This document shows, piece after piece, positions 1-14,570 of a stretch of DNA of 64,000 nucleotides; the stretch's first letter is position 1, and each line of letters begins with the position of its first letter. The notes beneath the pieces were generated by a model, which was not told where the DNA came from, ran no database searches, and saw nothing but the letters and a program-made list of their open reading frames with translations. Source of the DNA: the human T2T-CHM13v2.0 reference genome, Homo sapiens. Both the position numbers and the translations under genes were made by a program. The stretch is from assembly GCF_009914755.1 (NCBI RefSeq), contig NC_060928.1. The stretch is one strand, 5' to 3'.

Positions 1-543
1 ACTTCTAGGATTTATGTCTGCCTGTATCCTTCTAACAAGCTTTAATTAATGATGTGCTGCTAATGCTTTTCCGAAGAAATTGCTTTCTAGTAGATGAATC
101 ACCTTTCAATTTCACAGAAACATTTCTTGTTTAACCAATATATTATCAATACACGACAGCCTTAGTTTTACCAACAAACTTACCTTATTCCATTTGGGAC
201 AACCTTCCAAAATATATAAGTACATGTCTGTGTTAGTAACAACTTACTTAGTTCTTATTTTAATAGACTACATTTTAAAAGAATTTATGCTACAATTTGG
301 AATCTGGTAAGACAGCAAGCATCTGAAGGGGCAAATTTAAGAAAAAAATTCATACAATTCCAGATGAAACATTTTTAAGGCAATACAAGCCAAATGAGAT
401 AGAGATATTTATAATTAGAACTTCAATAATTTAAACTGACTCTTTTAGTATTCAAAAAAATATGCTTATGAGTTCTAATTTTTGCATATCCTTCACAACA
501 CTGAATTTATTTAGCCATGGTGTATTATTCAAATTGAACTTAC

Positions 544-684
544 TATTCTTAGCAGCCATGCAAGAACAAAACTTGCAGTTGAGTAATGAGTACCATAGTG
601 AAACTTTGGAACTTGATCATCTTCCCATGATTCATAACGCTCAGCGAAGAATGCTGCTCTTTTTGGGTTCAGAGCTCCTATTGG
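544..684 (-). CDS. LRBA: LRBA coding exon, 141 nt (BEACH): [47 protein letters not shown]
   Basis: Acceptor tttttccctccctattggcag, donor AATA|gtaagt, phase 0 to 0. HYGTHYS motif; residues match recalled LRBA rather than NBEA. Confidence 0.98.
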
Positions 685-1311
685 CTGCCAATAGGGAGGG
701 AAAAAACAAAGAATACATCAATGTAATCATCCTTCATGTCTTCCTCTCTTCTGATGATATCCTACTGGTAAGTATAAAAGTGAATTTTAAAAATATATAC
801 TACTTAAGCTGCAACACAGTATCATATTGGGAGTAAAAAGCAATATTTTTTCCAACAAGTTAAACACAACATATAAGTAAGTGAATGGATGAACCCATCA
901 TTTCTCCATAAGTCTAGTTTTCATGGAACATAGGTGTTTAATCATCCCATAACAAGCATCAGATAAAGACAATTACATGAAGTGAAATATCAGCTGTACA
1001 ACACTTTGGAAAGCACCTATAAAACCACATTTAGTTAATTAGAAGCAACAACCAGAAACAGAATCTTAAAGCTGAAGGACTGACTTATAATGGGTTCTTA
1101 GAAGAGGATGAAACAAAACTGGGAGATAGGTGAGATGGAGCACAAAGGAAGAAAGAAATTGTGGGAAAACAGGGTTAAGAAACTAGAAATTTCTACTAGT
1201 GTGAGTGAAAACAAAGGATAAAAATATGCCTATATGTCTATATAGGATATATAGATATATACATATATATGTATATACTTTAACCAGAGGATTAAAAATA
1301 TGCCGGCATGA

Positions 1312-1341
1312 ACTCTCTCTCTCTCTCTATATATATATATT
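1312..1341. repeat. (CT)n(AT)n microsatellite
   Basis: Read directly. Confidence 0.9.
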
Positions 1342-2020
1342 ATAAAATTAAAAATATCACATTAAAAATAATGCTATATATATATCGCATTAAAAAAAGA
1401 ATAGTAGACAGATTATGAACTTATACTGGAAAATAATACTTTACAGCAGAGGTCCCAGAGCAATATAGCAACATGGTGAAAACCCTGAGCTCACTGGAAT
1501 GATAATAATACTCATTCAAAAGGTTGTTTTGGAAGATAAAAATGAGTAGGTACGTTAAAGTCCAACAAACTATGCCTGACAACGTTCAATGAATGCTAAC
1601 TATGGTTTTTAAGATAATTGTTTAGAATTTGGGTTAAAGAGTTTGAATGAAATAATTGCCTTTAGCAAATTGCTTAGCATAAGATAAAGCTTAATAAATG
1701 TTAGTTGGTACCTGTATCTTTATTATTGCTACTGCTGTTGTCATTTAGGTAATACACGAACTCCATTAAATAGCAGGCAAAATTCTGTGTGATCAAGCCT
1801 ATGCATGTACATATCCTTACAAAGACGTAGAGAATATGCTTGAGAGTCTCAAAGGAGTCTAAGGCTCAAAAAATGTTAAGATCAACTGCTTTAAGTAACA
1901 ATTCATTCTCAAAAAACATTCTGATCTCTAGAAAATCTCTATTCCGTATTCAAAATGTTAAGTACCCACTCACTGAAAAAGACATGATATATAAGATTAC
2001 TTCTTTTCATAAGATACAGA

Positions 2021-2332
2021 GGCCAGGTGCAGTGGTTCACACCTATAATCCCAGTGCTCTGGGAGGTCGAGGTGGGAGATTGTTTGAGTCCAGGAGTTCA
2101 AGACCAGCCTGTGCAACATAGTGAGACCCTGTTTCTACAAAAAAATTTAAAAATCGGCTGCGCATAGTGGCATGTCCCTGTAATCCCAGCTACTCGGGAG
2201 GCTGAGGTAGGAGGATTACATGAGCCCAAGCACCTTAAAGCCTACAGTGAGCTATGATTGTGCCACTGTACTCCAGCCTTGGTGATGGAGAGAGTCCCTG
2301 TCCTGTCTCTAAATAAATTAATAAATAAAAAA
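2021..2332 (+). mobile_element. Alu (AluJ-like)
   Basis: Dimeric Alu with A-rich tail; TSD-like aagataca on both sides. Confidence 0.9.
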
Positions 2333-4314
2333 TTCTTTATTTAAAAAAAGATACACAACAGTCTTTTGCCTTATATCATTTATGAACACCTATTAGTTAA
2401 TCACTCCTTATTTATAACAGAAAGAAAATATCTGATTATTTGTGGAGAAAATGTTAAAATAAATAAATCAAAAATATTGGTTTAAAAGGGATGCACTGAG
2501 AAATATTTTATTGAAAATGAAGCAATGTTCAGACCAGTTTTTAAACTGCTTTTCATGTTACATGTTAAGCAACATCTTAAATTTATCATTTTGGTTATCC
2601 TTATTAAATTGTTAATTATTTTTTCAAAACTATCTTTGGCATCATCACTCAATAGCTTGGTTTTAATGAATATTATTGTATGTTAAGGCATTTTTTCCTT
2701 TACAAGCAAAATTTTAAAAATCTTTAATTACCATTTTAAGTCAGTTTCACAGTAAACTAATTTAAAATGCTATCTTTTAAAGCATTAGTTTCTGTACAAA
2801 AGAATCATATCTGACTTACTAAATATGTGCCAGTTAAGAATGGAGCTGACTCCAAGGATTCTTTCTTTGTTACAGAACCAATTTGAAATGCCTTTAAATG
2901 TATTTTAGTTGTTGTCCCTAAAGAATGAGCCATGGAAAAGAAAAGAGAGAAGAAATAAAATCACTAGAAGACAAATTATATGAATTAAAAATAGAATCAA
3001 TGCTCCTTTTGTATGGTCTGAAGCATAATAAGTATTCACTTTATCTGCTCCTATTTTTATTACTCTCCAAATGAGTAACCCCCAAAATCAATAGTTATAG
3101 AATCACGTTTCTTGAATATAATGCTAAAACCAATTAGGATTGATTTCACTAGCATCTGAAAAAAAATGGCATCTTGCAGAGATCCATATTGGTAGAACCC
3201 ACAGTATTGATTTTGGCTGTTATTGTTACAGTTGGTTTCTGAAGCCTGCTATACGACAGCTATCAAGACATACCACGTTTATTTGCAAGCATATAAAAAA
3301 GAAGTCCCCAAATAAAAGAAAGTTAAAAAAAAAAGACCAGTGGAGCTGTGCAATGACAATGATACACTATCAGCTTACTCAGAGAAGTTACAGTGGGAAT
3401 ACACACATTGAATTATACATTACGCGAAAGCACTGATTTATTGTGGTAATAACATCCACCTCATTAAAAGATTCTGCTTTGCTGCAGTTGGAAGGCTACA
3501 TATTGTTTACTGCTATAAATTAATGGCAGTGCAAAGAAGACTGTGGAACCATCCTAACAATAGATCTGTAATGACAGTGCTGTATATCACAGCTTCCTCA
3601 GCAGCTTCATAATAAAATGGAGACAATGTATTGAGCTAATACATTCTACCATGCTGGCCCACATTTTTCTGACAACTGCTTTAAAAGATGATCTGAATTC
3701 AACTATGTTATAATGCTGCAAAACATTTAACTAAGCAAGAGTCAGTCATATACCAAAGTGCATCAAAGCATTTTTAAAACATTGTCTAAATCAGCATTTC
3801 AGGATGTTTATTCATCTCTGCAAAAGAACTAAAAGTAAATGCTGACGGATCCTCTTACTTATATAGTATATTAAGAGTCAAAATTCTAAGTCAGTTTGGG
3901 AAGATGCTAGCACCATCATCCTACATAGAGCTTACTGTACAATGTAACAAGCTTGACAAAGTATTTTTCTTAAAAAGCAAGATTTTAAAGGAAAGTGACT
4001 CAAAATACTGGCCATTAAAAATGGTCATAATTTCTTTTAAAAAATCAGTAAAAGTAAGTATTGATTAGAAAGTATAAAAGTGGTATAATTCCAGGTAAAC
4101 ACAAATAGCTCTAGAATACAGAAAAATAATTTTAAACACTACAAAAAGCTAACAAATAAATAGAATTATAGAAGGTTTTCTTAACTCTACAAACTAAGAA
4201 AAAATCTCAATCACAATACAATGAAAAATAGGTTTAAGTAAAATAGAATAGAATAATTTAAAATGTAGAGTATTAGGTCTAACAACAAAATATTATGTTA
4301 AAAATATAAATAAA

Positions 4315-4593
4315 GGACAGGCACAGTGGCTCTGCCTGTAATCCCAGCATTTTGGCAGGCTGAAGCAGGAGAATAACTTGAGCCCAGGAGTTTGAGACCA
4401 GCCTGGACAACATGATGAGATCCTGTCTCTATAAAAATCAGAAATCAGATGGGCATGGTGGTGTATGCCTATAGTCCCAACTACTTGGGAGGATCGCTTG
4501 AGTCCAGGAGGTTGAGGATGCAGTGAGCTGTAATCGCGCCACTGTACTCAGCCTGGGTGACAGAGTGAGACCCTGTCTCAAACAAAACAAAAA
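4315..4593 (+). mobile_element. Alu (AluJ-like)
   Basis: Both Alu arms, with an internal deletion in the right arm. Confidence 0.9.
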
Positions 4594-6987
4594 GCAGAAA
4601 TAAAAACTTAGATTAAAGTAGGAAAAGACAAATTAAAGAAAACCAAAACTCTTGGAAATGGTATGAATAGCCAAAAATCACTGTATTTAGGATATTTTAA
4701 TAATTTCACAAATAGCAAAGCTGACATCTGTGGTAGAATAATAAGTATTCTGCTTATGAGATAATAATGATATCTTTCAAAACAGGATATGCAAAATAAA
4801 ACTTGTAAAATTGGTTTTGTAAGAAGACTGCAATTAAAAAAACATTTTTTGTTACGTTCTTTGAGAAGTAATTTTGCTAGTTAACAAAATCCCTGCATAT
4901 AAAGTGATCAGTTCAGTGCCTGGTACATAATAATAATGATAATAATTATTATTTTTTTCAGGTTATTTGATGAAGAATATTTAATAAAAAAAGGCACTAA
5001 GTAAGCCTGATGAAATTAATGGGATCTATTAGGAAAGACCGTGATTAAACATCACAATCCTCTAAAGACAAAGCAGGATAAGAACATATAGTACTGTGGA
5101 TGATCTGTAAGAAGCCTAAGAGTAAACAGTAGTCCCCATCAATGAATTTTACTACTTTAAGAACATAATCAAAACAAAATTACTTTTCAAAAATCCAGGG
5201 GCCTCCAAATTTTACTACGAAAAGCATAAGAAATATCAAGCAACTTATAATCACCTCCTACTATATTATTTATAAAGAAACAGTTTGAATTAACAGACTC
5301 CTTTAAAAGCACATAACAGACTTTGGTCTAATATTAGTAAAAGCTGTAAAAAGGTATCTGTTTTTTCTTTCTTTATTAAAATTTTAGGAACTCTTACCTG
5401 AAGTTATCTAATTAAGAATACCACCTCCAGCTTACATTTTGTAATTTATTAAACATTATTATACATTCTCATAATAAATAGGTAATCTAGATATTCCTAT
5501 TTTAATAATAAAGAAATGAATTGAGTAACCTAGCTCGAAATCAACATAAATTTAGAAGACTCAAACCTAGTACTCAAAAGTCCTTCTCTGGGCCATGTTA
5601 TGTATTTATATTTAAAACTATTGTATTACAAGTTGGTTTTCCTAATTTCAAAAATGTGCTGTAATCTCAATTTTTCAAATATTTCTTTACTTAACAGGTT
5701 GATTTAAAGGCCAATATAAGTAAGCACTTAGAAGAGTTCCTGGCACACACACAAAAAAATACTTAACAAGTGTAGCTGCTATTAATGTGCTTATATACCA
5801 TAACTATAATTCCTTCTTTCCTTCTGAAATTTATATATGAATGATTACAATTAATATCAACCTTTCAGAAGTGAAATTCCAAACTACTGGACTATACTTA
5901 TAGTTATTGAAGGTAAGAAAGTTCTGGGAAATTGGCAAGAAATCTCAGATTTTTTACAAAGCAGAGATTTGCTTGTGTTAGCTAACTTCTCTTTTAAAAC
6001 CCAAAAGTCTCAAGGGAGTTTTTCACACCTTTCTGTAAAGGCTTTCTTTGGAAAATCATTAAACTCCAACGTTTGGAGATGAGAAGCAGAAAAGATTGGG
6101 GTTAAAGAAAAGGAAAAAAAGGTAACTCTAAACCAAAACACTAATAAATAGGGTGCTTGAAAATGCTTAAGCATAGTATTTTATCAAGATACATTCTGTG
6201 GGTATACAGAGGAGTGAAGAAAAGTTGTCAAAACTGAAAAGAAGCTCAGGAAAGGGAGGCAAAAGAGCAGGACTGCTTTACAACCCTGCTTAGGATCCTG
6301 ATGACTGGCTGAAAGCCATCTGCCAATGTAATCTTCATTTGATATGACTGGGAAATCAGAAACATCCTTTAATTTCGTGATGACAGATAAAGCCTGCCTT
6401 ACAGTACTGAAGAAGGTGCATGCAATTAGAGGTTATATGTTATTTCATTCTTCCCTAAAAGTAGGGTAGGCCACAGGAAACAAAAGAAAACCACTGCAAA
6501 GTAAGAGGAAAAAACTAGTAAGGAATAGAATACAAGATGGCTGAACTCAATGTTCTTCTATGCTATAAAAATGTCAGGTTAAAGGACAGAATATCATCAA
6601 GCATCTGATATATGTTAACATATTAAGTAAAAAATTTCAAATTCAGAGAATAAAAGAGGATAGATACACTATTAGGAAATGTTACATCATAAAAGATGGT
6701 CATTCTTGATTAGGGAATAATGATTTGGTCTGAGAAGACTCCAGGGAAAAACTATGATATATATGTCAAAGGTGCCATTTTATCTGATGACAATGCTACT
6801 ATTTGCTGAATATAAGCAAAGGTTCTACGAGTCTTACATAAATCATCTCATTATCTTTACAACAACTCTTAATACAAAGACCAATTAGCATCCCCAATTT
6901 GCAGGTGAAAAAAACAGTTCGGGAGAAAGTAAATGACTATCAGTGGTTGGTTACCAGCCAGTGGCAGCAGCAAGATTAAAAGCCACC

Positions 6988-7678
6988 TCCTGACTTTTTA
7001 ATGATCGCCATTCTAACTGCTGTGCTGCAGAGGATGTAGAGAAATAGGAATACTTTTACACTGTTTGTGGGACTGTAAACTAGTTCAACCATTGTGGAAG
7101 GCAGGGTGGTGATTCCTCAGGGATCTACAACTAGAAATACCATTTGACCCAGCCATCCCATTACTGGGTATATACCCAAAGGAATATAAATCATGCTGCT
7201 ATAAAGACACATGCACACATACATTTACTGCGGCACTACTCACAACAGCAAAGACTTGGAACCAACCCAAATGTCCAACAATAATAGACTGGATTAAAAA
7301 ATGTGGCATATATACACCATGGAATACTATGCAGCCATAAAAAAGGATGAGTTCATGTCCTTTGTAGGAACATGGATGAAGCTGGAAACCATCATTCTCA
7401 GCAAACTATTGCAAGGACAAAAAACCAAACACCGCATGTTCTCACTCATAGGTGGGAACCGAACAATGAGAACACTTGGACACAGGAAGGGGAACATCAC
7501 ACACCGGCACCTGTTGTGGGGTGGGAGCAGGGGGGAGGGATAGCATTAGAAGATATACTTAATGTAAATGATGAGTTAATGGGTGCAGCACACCAACATG
7601 GCACATGTATACATATGTAATAAACCTGCATGTTGTGCACATGTATCCTAGAACTTAAAGTATAATTAAAAAAAAATA

Positions 7679-7712
<34 letters not shown>

Positions 7713-7713
7713 T
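6988..7713 (+). mobile_element. 5'-truncated, 5'-inverted L1PA (about L1PA4-5) inserted into a MIR-like segment
   Basis: L1 ORF2 end and 3'UTR on + (7022-7667); 37-bp antisense L1 piece at 6988-7024; TSD aaagccacctcc at 6979-6990 and 7714-7725. Confidence 0.92.
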
Positions 7714-9162
7714 AAAGCCACCTCCAACCAAACTGACTAGCAAATCCCAGAGTGATTTGGGTTGTGTGGACTGGTACGCTGCCTCTGCAAGGCCATTAGA
7801 ATCCTTTCATGGGAGCTTTAGATTAAATGCTCTTTTGAAAAAATACTATTAAAGTTTTTATCCCTACTTACATAATGTCTGTGGATATCACCTTAGAAGA
7901 AGGCATCAAAACCGAATTTTTTTAAAAAGCGTATTTTATCTTGGGGACATCAAAAACATGCTTGGCAAATACAGTTTTTTTAAAAAATGTGAACAAAAAA
8001 GGTAAATGTTGTCACCAAAGTTTATTGCCTTATCTTCCTTTTAACTTTTCTGTTTTTTTCTTTTCTATCTTTTCCATGAACCCAAATGAGAGCCCTTAAT
8101 TTTCTGTGTTGCTGAGGCTTTTTATAGAAGCCAATGAATTTGATTCCCAGTGTCTCCATCACCTGCCTTCCTCCCCCACCACTCTAGTGAAGAAAATAAA
8201 TAAATAAATAGTGTCTGTCATTTCAGCAACATTGCCACTGTTAGGGGGTGCAGCAACTATTTTCTTTCAACTGTAGCGCTCTTTCATCTAAATGACAAGT
8301 ATAACAGGCAGCCTGATCAGCATTTTCACTCAACCTTGGCTTTTAGGGTATTTCGTTATATGCTATATAAGGCCGAAATGGTTTGGCACTTATCCTCACA
8401 TGCTCTAGATTTTATTTAATACTGTCAAGAAAAAAATTTCATCAGCACACCACCGTGGCTTTTAGAGTTAACAAATAAGCACTTTTGTTGTCAAGTACCA
8501 GAACACTTTTTAATCCCTTGAAAACACATCTTCTTACAAGTGGCATTAAATATATACTCACTACACCATTTCGATTTAACAAACACATCTTGGGGAAAAG
8601 AAAGTATTCCATTTTACTTATTGTGCCTATGTAGAATCTAAATCATTTCAAATGCTTGCACTGATAGATTTACTAGTGATGTCTTCATAGTTCTATGTTA
8701 TTCAGCTACACAGTAAGTATTAAGTAATTTTTCTACAGGTGTTTATCTCATTTTGAGAAAATCACATAAACTGTTAAAAATAATCTATTAATCCAATGCC
8801 ACTGCTGAGCTAAATGCCTATAACGACCCCATAGACAGTCCAAAAAATCCAAGGATAATTACTAAAAATGTTTTAAGTTATTATGAAAATGATAAAGAAT
8901 GCTGATATAACAAGATCTATCAATTTGCAGATATATTCATCTGCCCACTTAAAAAACCAGTTAAGGCCATTAAAATCAAATAAATCTATATGCTTTTAAG
9001 ATAGGTCATTAGTGGCATACATGTCAACATTCTGCTAGCTTCTATAAACCAGAAACAAAACAAAATTGGGAACTACTTAAGAAACATTCAGCTTTTGAAA
9101 TTCATTTTCTATTTGCTTTGAAAGTCATCTGAATATAATAAAACTGGTTTTAATTTCGGAAA

Positions 9163-9164
<2 letters not shown>

Positions 9165-9239
<75 letters not shown>

Positions 9240-9260
9240 TACACACACACATATATATAT
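9165..9260. repeat. Compound (CT)n(AT)n(AC)n microsatellite
   Basis: Read directly. Confidence 0.95.
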
Positions 9261-9492
9261 GTTGTTTTGCTCAACGCTGAGTTGGGAAACTGTGTGCTTA
9301 TTGTTTAGCTTAAGCCTGGGCTAATGGCACTAAATATTTCAATGATTTGCATGTGAAGCACAACAAAATATATGATTATAAAAAGCAAGGAGGATTCCAA
9401 ATCCATAAAGATTAGTAAAAATAGTTATTTTATTCTGTTTTAGACTAATAAATTGCTTTTTGGAAAAAATATTAAATCGTTTTAAAAATGTG

Positions 9493-9766
9493 TTTATTTA
9501 TTTAGAGACAGGCTCTTACTCTGTTACCCTGGCTCACATGCAGTGATACAGCCATAGCTCACTGCAGCCTCGAACTCCTGGGCTCAAACGATTCTTCTGC
9601 CTCAGCCTCCTGAGCAGCTAGGACTACAGGTGCATGCTACCACACTGACATAATTTTTTAGTTTTTTGTAGACCCAGGCTGGCCTTGAACTCCTGGCCTC
9701 AAACAATACTCCCTCCTCAGCCTTCCTAAGTGCTGGGATTACAGCCATGAGCCACCACCCTTGGCT
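9493..9766 (-). mobile_element. Alu (AluJ-like)
   Basis: Antisense Alu sequence with a partial deletion. Confidence 0.88.
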
Positions 9767-9835
9767 GGAAAAATACTAAATCTTAATACAAAAATTAGAC
9801 ATAAAGTAGCATAAGTTAAAGATATCAATATATAA

Positions 9836-10020
9836 GGCATGGATGGAACTAGAGGCATTATGTTAAGGGAAATAAGCCAAGCACAGAAAGATAAATATCA
9901 CATGTTCTCACTCATATTTTGGAGCTAAAAAAAAAAGTGGATCTCATAAAGATTAAGAGTTAGACTGGTGGTTATCTGAGGCCAGGAAGGGTAAGGGGAA
10001 AATCGATGAAGGGAGATTGA
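9836..10020 (+). mobile_element. L1MA-like 3' fragment
   Basis: catggatggaactagaggcattatgttaagggaaataagccaagcacagaaagataaatatcacatgttctcactc is the L1 ORF2 end/3'UTR motif. Confidence 0.75.
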
Positions 10021-11026
10021 TTTTAAAAATTATGTTAAAGAACACAGAGAGAGCCAGGCATCTGAGTTGTAAGGCATTTTAAAACTATAGTGTACTTCAA
10101 ATATCAAACAAGGAGATAAAATATTGTTTGGCAAATGTAAATGAGCCTATGTGGTAGCTTTCAGAAGAAACAGGGCAACTGGAATCAATTTAACAAGATA
10201 ATCTCTAATGATTCCATAAGTGCAACAGAAGACACTCTAATAATTCTCATGACTTAAGAATAGCCATGGGTCATACATAAGAGCTGGTAAATGTTGATAA
10301 CGCTTTTGGAGTAGATTATTAGCAATGTGAGGACTGACAGGCAGTTACATTGCAGTTGTATTCCTAGAAAAAGCCCAATCCTGGCAAGGAAGGTCAATGA
10401 TATTCAACCTCTAAAACAATCCCCAAAATGAAGCCCTTATACCAAAAAGCAGACTCTGCTAAAATAGTCCAGTCCCTGTATATTCCTCCCCAGTGCTCCC
10501 TCAAGGAAAGCAAAATCCACTAGTCGAATAAAACGGGAGCAGCCAGATTGCTGACCAAAAACTTTGCTCCATTGCTGGCGAAATGAGTCAAAAAATAAAG
10601 GCGGATGAGATTCACAACTGCTATCTAAAATTTACCTTATTTCTCTGTGCAAGAGGGTATGTTGGGATAGTCATCAACATAGAGAACTTACATTTTACCC
10701 TTTTTAAAATGAAAATTTTATTGTACTTTTCCCTCTACAACTATATATCTGATCTATATGGTGGGGGAGGGGGTTAAATTTAGTCATTTAATTGTAGTAC
10801 AGTGATAATCAATACTTATGAGGGACTAGAAATAAGCCAGTAAAGCTCGGATTTAGAAACCACTGCACCTGCAATAGCTGGACAGGGTTTTGGGCTGCCT
10901 CTACAATTTAAGACAAAAAGAAATAAAACATAGCATAAAACATAATAAAAATCCTTTGTTCAGTTTATAAGTTACTACCTTCCCTTTATCAACTGGAAAA
11001 AAAATAACCTCATGTAACACAAATCA

Positions 11027-11519
<493 letters not shown>

Positions 11520-11869
11520 CACATCAAGAGGAAATGAAATTAATTCATAAGGTAAATATAGAGTATTTCTTCATATTTTGAGATCAATATTGAGATTACA
11601 ATCACTTATAAAATAGAATACAAAGTTTTATAAACTACCTCATTCTGGTAATAGATGGCAAAACTATGGTTCCACCATCCACACTCCTTTTCCCAAATGA
11701 GGCACCTTTTTTAAAACTTTCAAATTTGACATTACTTAAGAAGCTCATTTTAAAAAGTGATTTAACAACACGTGGAGGTCAAAGAATGCACTAGACAATT
11801 CACAGGAAGAAAAGCCTAAGAAGTCCATTAACCATGTATCCAAAATGGGTAATTTCATATTTAAAAAGC

Positions 11870-12095
11870 TAGCTAAGTTGACCATTTCCTACTAAAAGGA
11901 ACCAGAGGTCCTTAAACAAATCGCTGATTCTAATTCTGGGGCAGGAAATATACAAAATAGCCTAGGACACCTTGTTGTGCCACAAGGCAAAGGATTTGTC
12001 AAATATTAATGGGATTGTATCTAAGGGACATAAGACCCTTCTTAAAGAGACCTCACTAGACAAAGTCGTGGCAATTTCGGTACCACAAAGAATAA
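11870..12095 (+). mobile_element. Old L1 (L1MC4/5-like) 3' fragment
   Basis: aaaggaaccagaggtccttaaacaaatcgctgattctaattctggggcaggaaat resembles the L1MC 3' end; same family as 30700-31310. Confidence 0.55.
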
Positions 12096-12341
12096 TGCAG
12101 TTCTACCTTCATATAAAAATGTAGAAAGTATCAGGGAATGTTGCTGTCATTGTAACAACAATAAAAAGACTAAAAGTTGATAACCATTTTTGTACTAATC
12201 AGAGAGCTGAGGTAAAAGACAACCAAATGAAGTAAATTCCAAAAAGTTACAGGCCTCTTCAACGAGAGATGGTACAAACTGCTATAATTTTGGCAAAGCA
12301 TGGGAGGAAGAGGTAGTCAACATAAAAGTAGGTAAGAAGAA

Positions 12342-12674
<333 letters not shown>

Positions 12675-14076
12675 CTAAAATTTATAAAGAATTTCTAAAT
12701 ACCAGTATTGGGTGAATAGATCAATGTAGAAACACACGGGAGTTTGCATGCACTTGTAAGCTCTTTTCCACGGGCCTCTCCCATTGCTCATGAGAGAGAA
12801 TACGACTGAGGCAAGGTAGAAGACCAGGGGGTAGCTCTCTAAGTAACACAGGCACACAGGATATGATTTACAGTTACTGGGAATGGCAACAAAACAGAAA
12901 TCAAAATCCTTAAGCTGATGGGAGAGGAACACCAAACTCTCATTCCAGGTCCTAAGCAAATATCAACTTGCACATGGGGAAAGAGTACGAGCAAAACTAA
13001 TCTACCGCAGGAAAAGGGATAGAAAATCCTGTGTACCACCCCTAGGACCCAGGCAAAGATCCACTGCTTCTGGGGTAGGGTAAAAGCAAAAGCCCTTTCA
13101 AGAAGACATGTCCTGCACTGATGCAAAGAAGAGGTCTGCTACTACTGGGAGAAGGATAGGAAATTCTTTCCTGTGGATGCCATGAGGGGTAGAGGCAAGA
13201 ACACTGAGAAAGTCCGTACCTGAGGACCATTTCAATGGGATCTACTTAAGAATGAGGATGAATCAGGAGAACTGAGGAGCTACCCTATCCACCCCACAAC
13301 AAGCCTGGCACTGAGTTACCAACAACAGCAATCTACTTCTGGAAAAAAAAAAAAAAAACCAGAAAAGTACATAAAAAAATGCCTCTGTGGCACAGGCATA
13401 GAGGGTCGGCTAGAGAGTAGAGCAAGAACAGTGAGAAAAAACATCCACCACCCAGGCCAAATTCTTACAGAAGAATTTGAAGTTTATACTGTATTTAAGG
13501 TAATAATAGCAATAACAAACCTAACTAAGCTTATCTATTGACTAGATTGACTGAACTCCCCACACTAACTACCTGACATAAGAAGAAGCATATACTTCTT
13601 TGGGCATAAAATCTTATTCATATCCCAGCCTATACTGTTCTCCTATCTCAGATAAAATAGAATCATAAAAATAATCTAAAAGAAGCACATAAAGGGAGAC
13701 AAAGTACAAAGAACTGATGTGTAGAATAAAAAACAGCAAGAAGGTAGATTTAAGCCAACCATATAAAAAATTACATTAAATGTAAATGACCTCAACACCC
13801 CAATTAAAATGCACAGATTGTCAGACTGGGCATGAAAGCAAGGCTCTATTATATGTTGTCCATAAAAAAAAAGTTAAATATAAAGCCATAGACAGGCTTC
13901 TTAAAATAATAGAAAAAATGCTGCAAGTAATAATCAAAATAATGCCCTCCTGGGATATTAACATCAGAAAAAGTAGATTTCAGAACATGAAATATTACTA
14001 AGTATAAAGAGGGACATTGCATAATGAAAAATGAATTCTTTTATCAAAAAAATAACAATTTGAAGAGTGTATGCAC

Positions 14077-14520
14077 TGTATTAGTTTCCTAGGGCTCCTA
14101 TAACTAAATATCACAAACTAGGTGGCTTAAAACAATATAAACTTATTGCCTCAGAGTTCTTGAGGCTAGAAATCTGAAATCAAGTTGTTGGCAGGTTCAT
14201 GCTCTCTTTGAAGCCTCTAGAGGAGGATCTTTCCTTGCCTCTTCCAGGTTCTGGTAGGCTCAGCTGTTCCTTGGCTTGCAGCAACACAACTCTAATATCT
14301 CCTTCCATCGTCATATAGTGTTCTCTCCCTGTATGTCTGTCTTTATATGACGTTTTCATACAAGAACACCAGTCATATTGGATTTGGGCCCACCCTAATG
14401 ACCTTATCTTAAATTGATTACATCTTCAAAAACCCTATTTATGAATAAGGTCACATTCATAGGTACCTGGAGGTTAGGACTTTAACATATCTTTTTGGAA
14501 ACAAAATTCAACCCATAACA
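14077..14520 (-). mobile_element. MLT1 (MaLR, MLT1C-like) solo LTR
   Basis: tgtattagtttcctagggct...aattcaacccataaca termini; 5-bp TSD tgcac/tgtac. Confidence 0.88.
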
Positions 14521-14570
14521 TGTACCCAAAAATAAACTTGAAAACACGTAAAATAAAAACTAACAGAACT

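Noticed and set aside
462-836. 124-aa plus-strand ORF
   Set aside because: Antisense shadow of the LRBA exon at 544-684; no recognisable protein.
5392-5420. TTCAG|GTAAGA recursive-splice-like motif (minus strand)
   Set aside because: No upstream pyrimidine tract.
7301-7620. ORFs resembling L1 ORF2 C-terminus (also 19029-19346, 19605-19853, 44848-45198)
   Set aside because: Fragments of truncated L1 copies, not genes.
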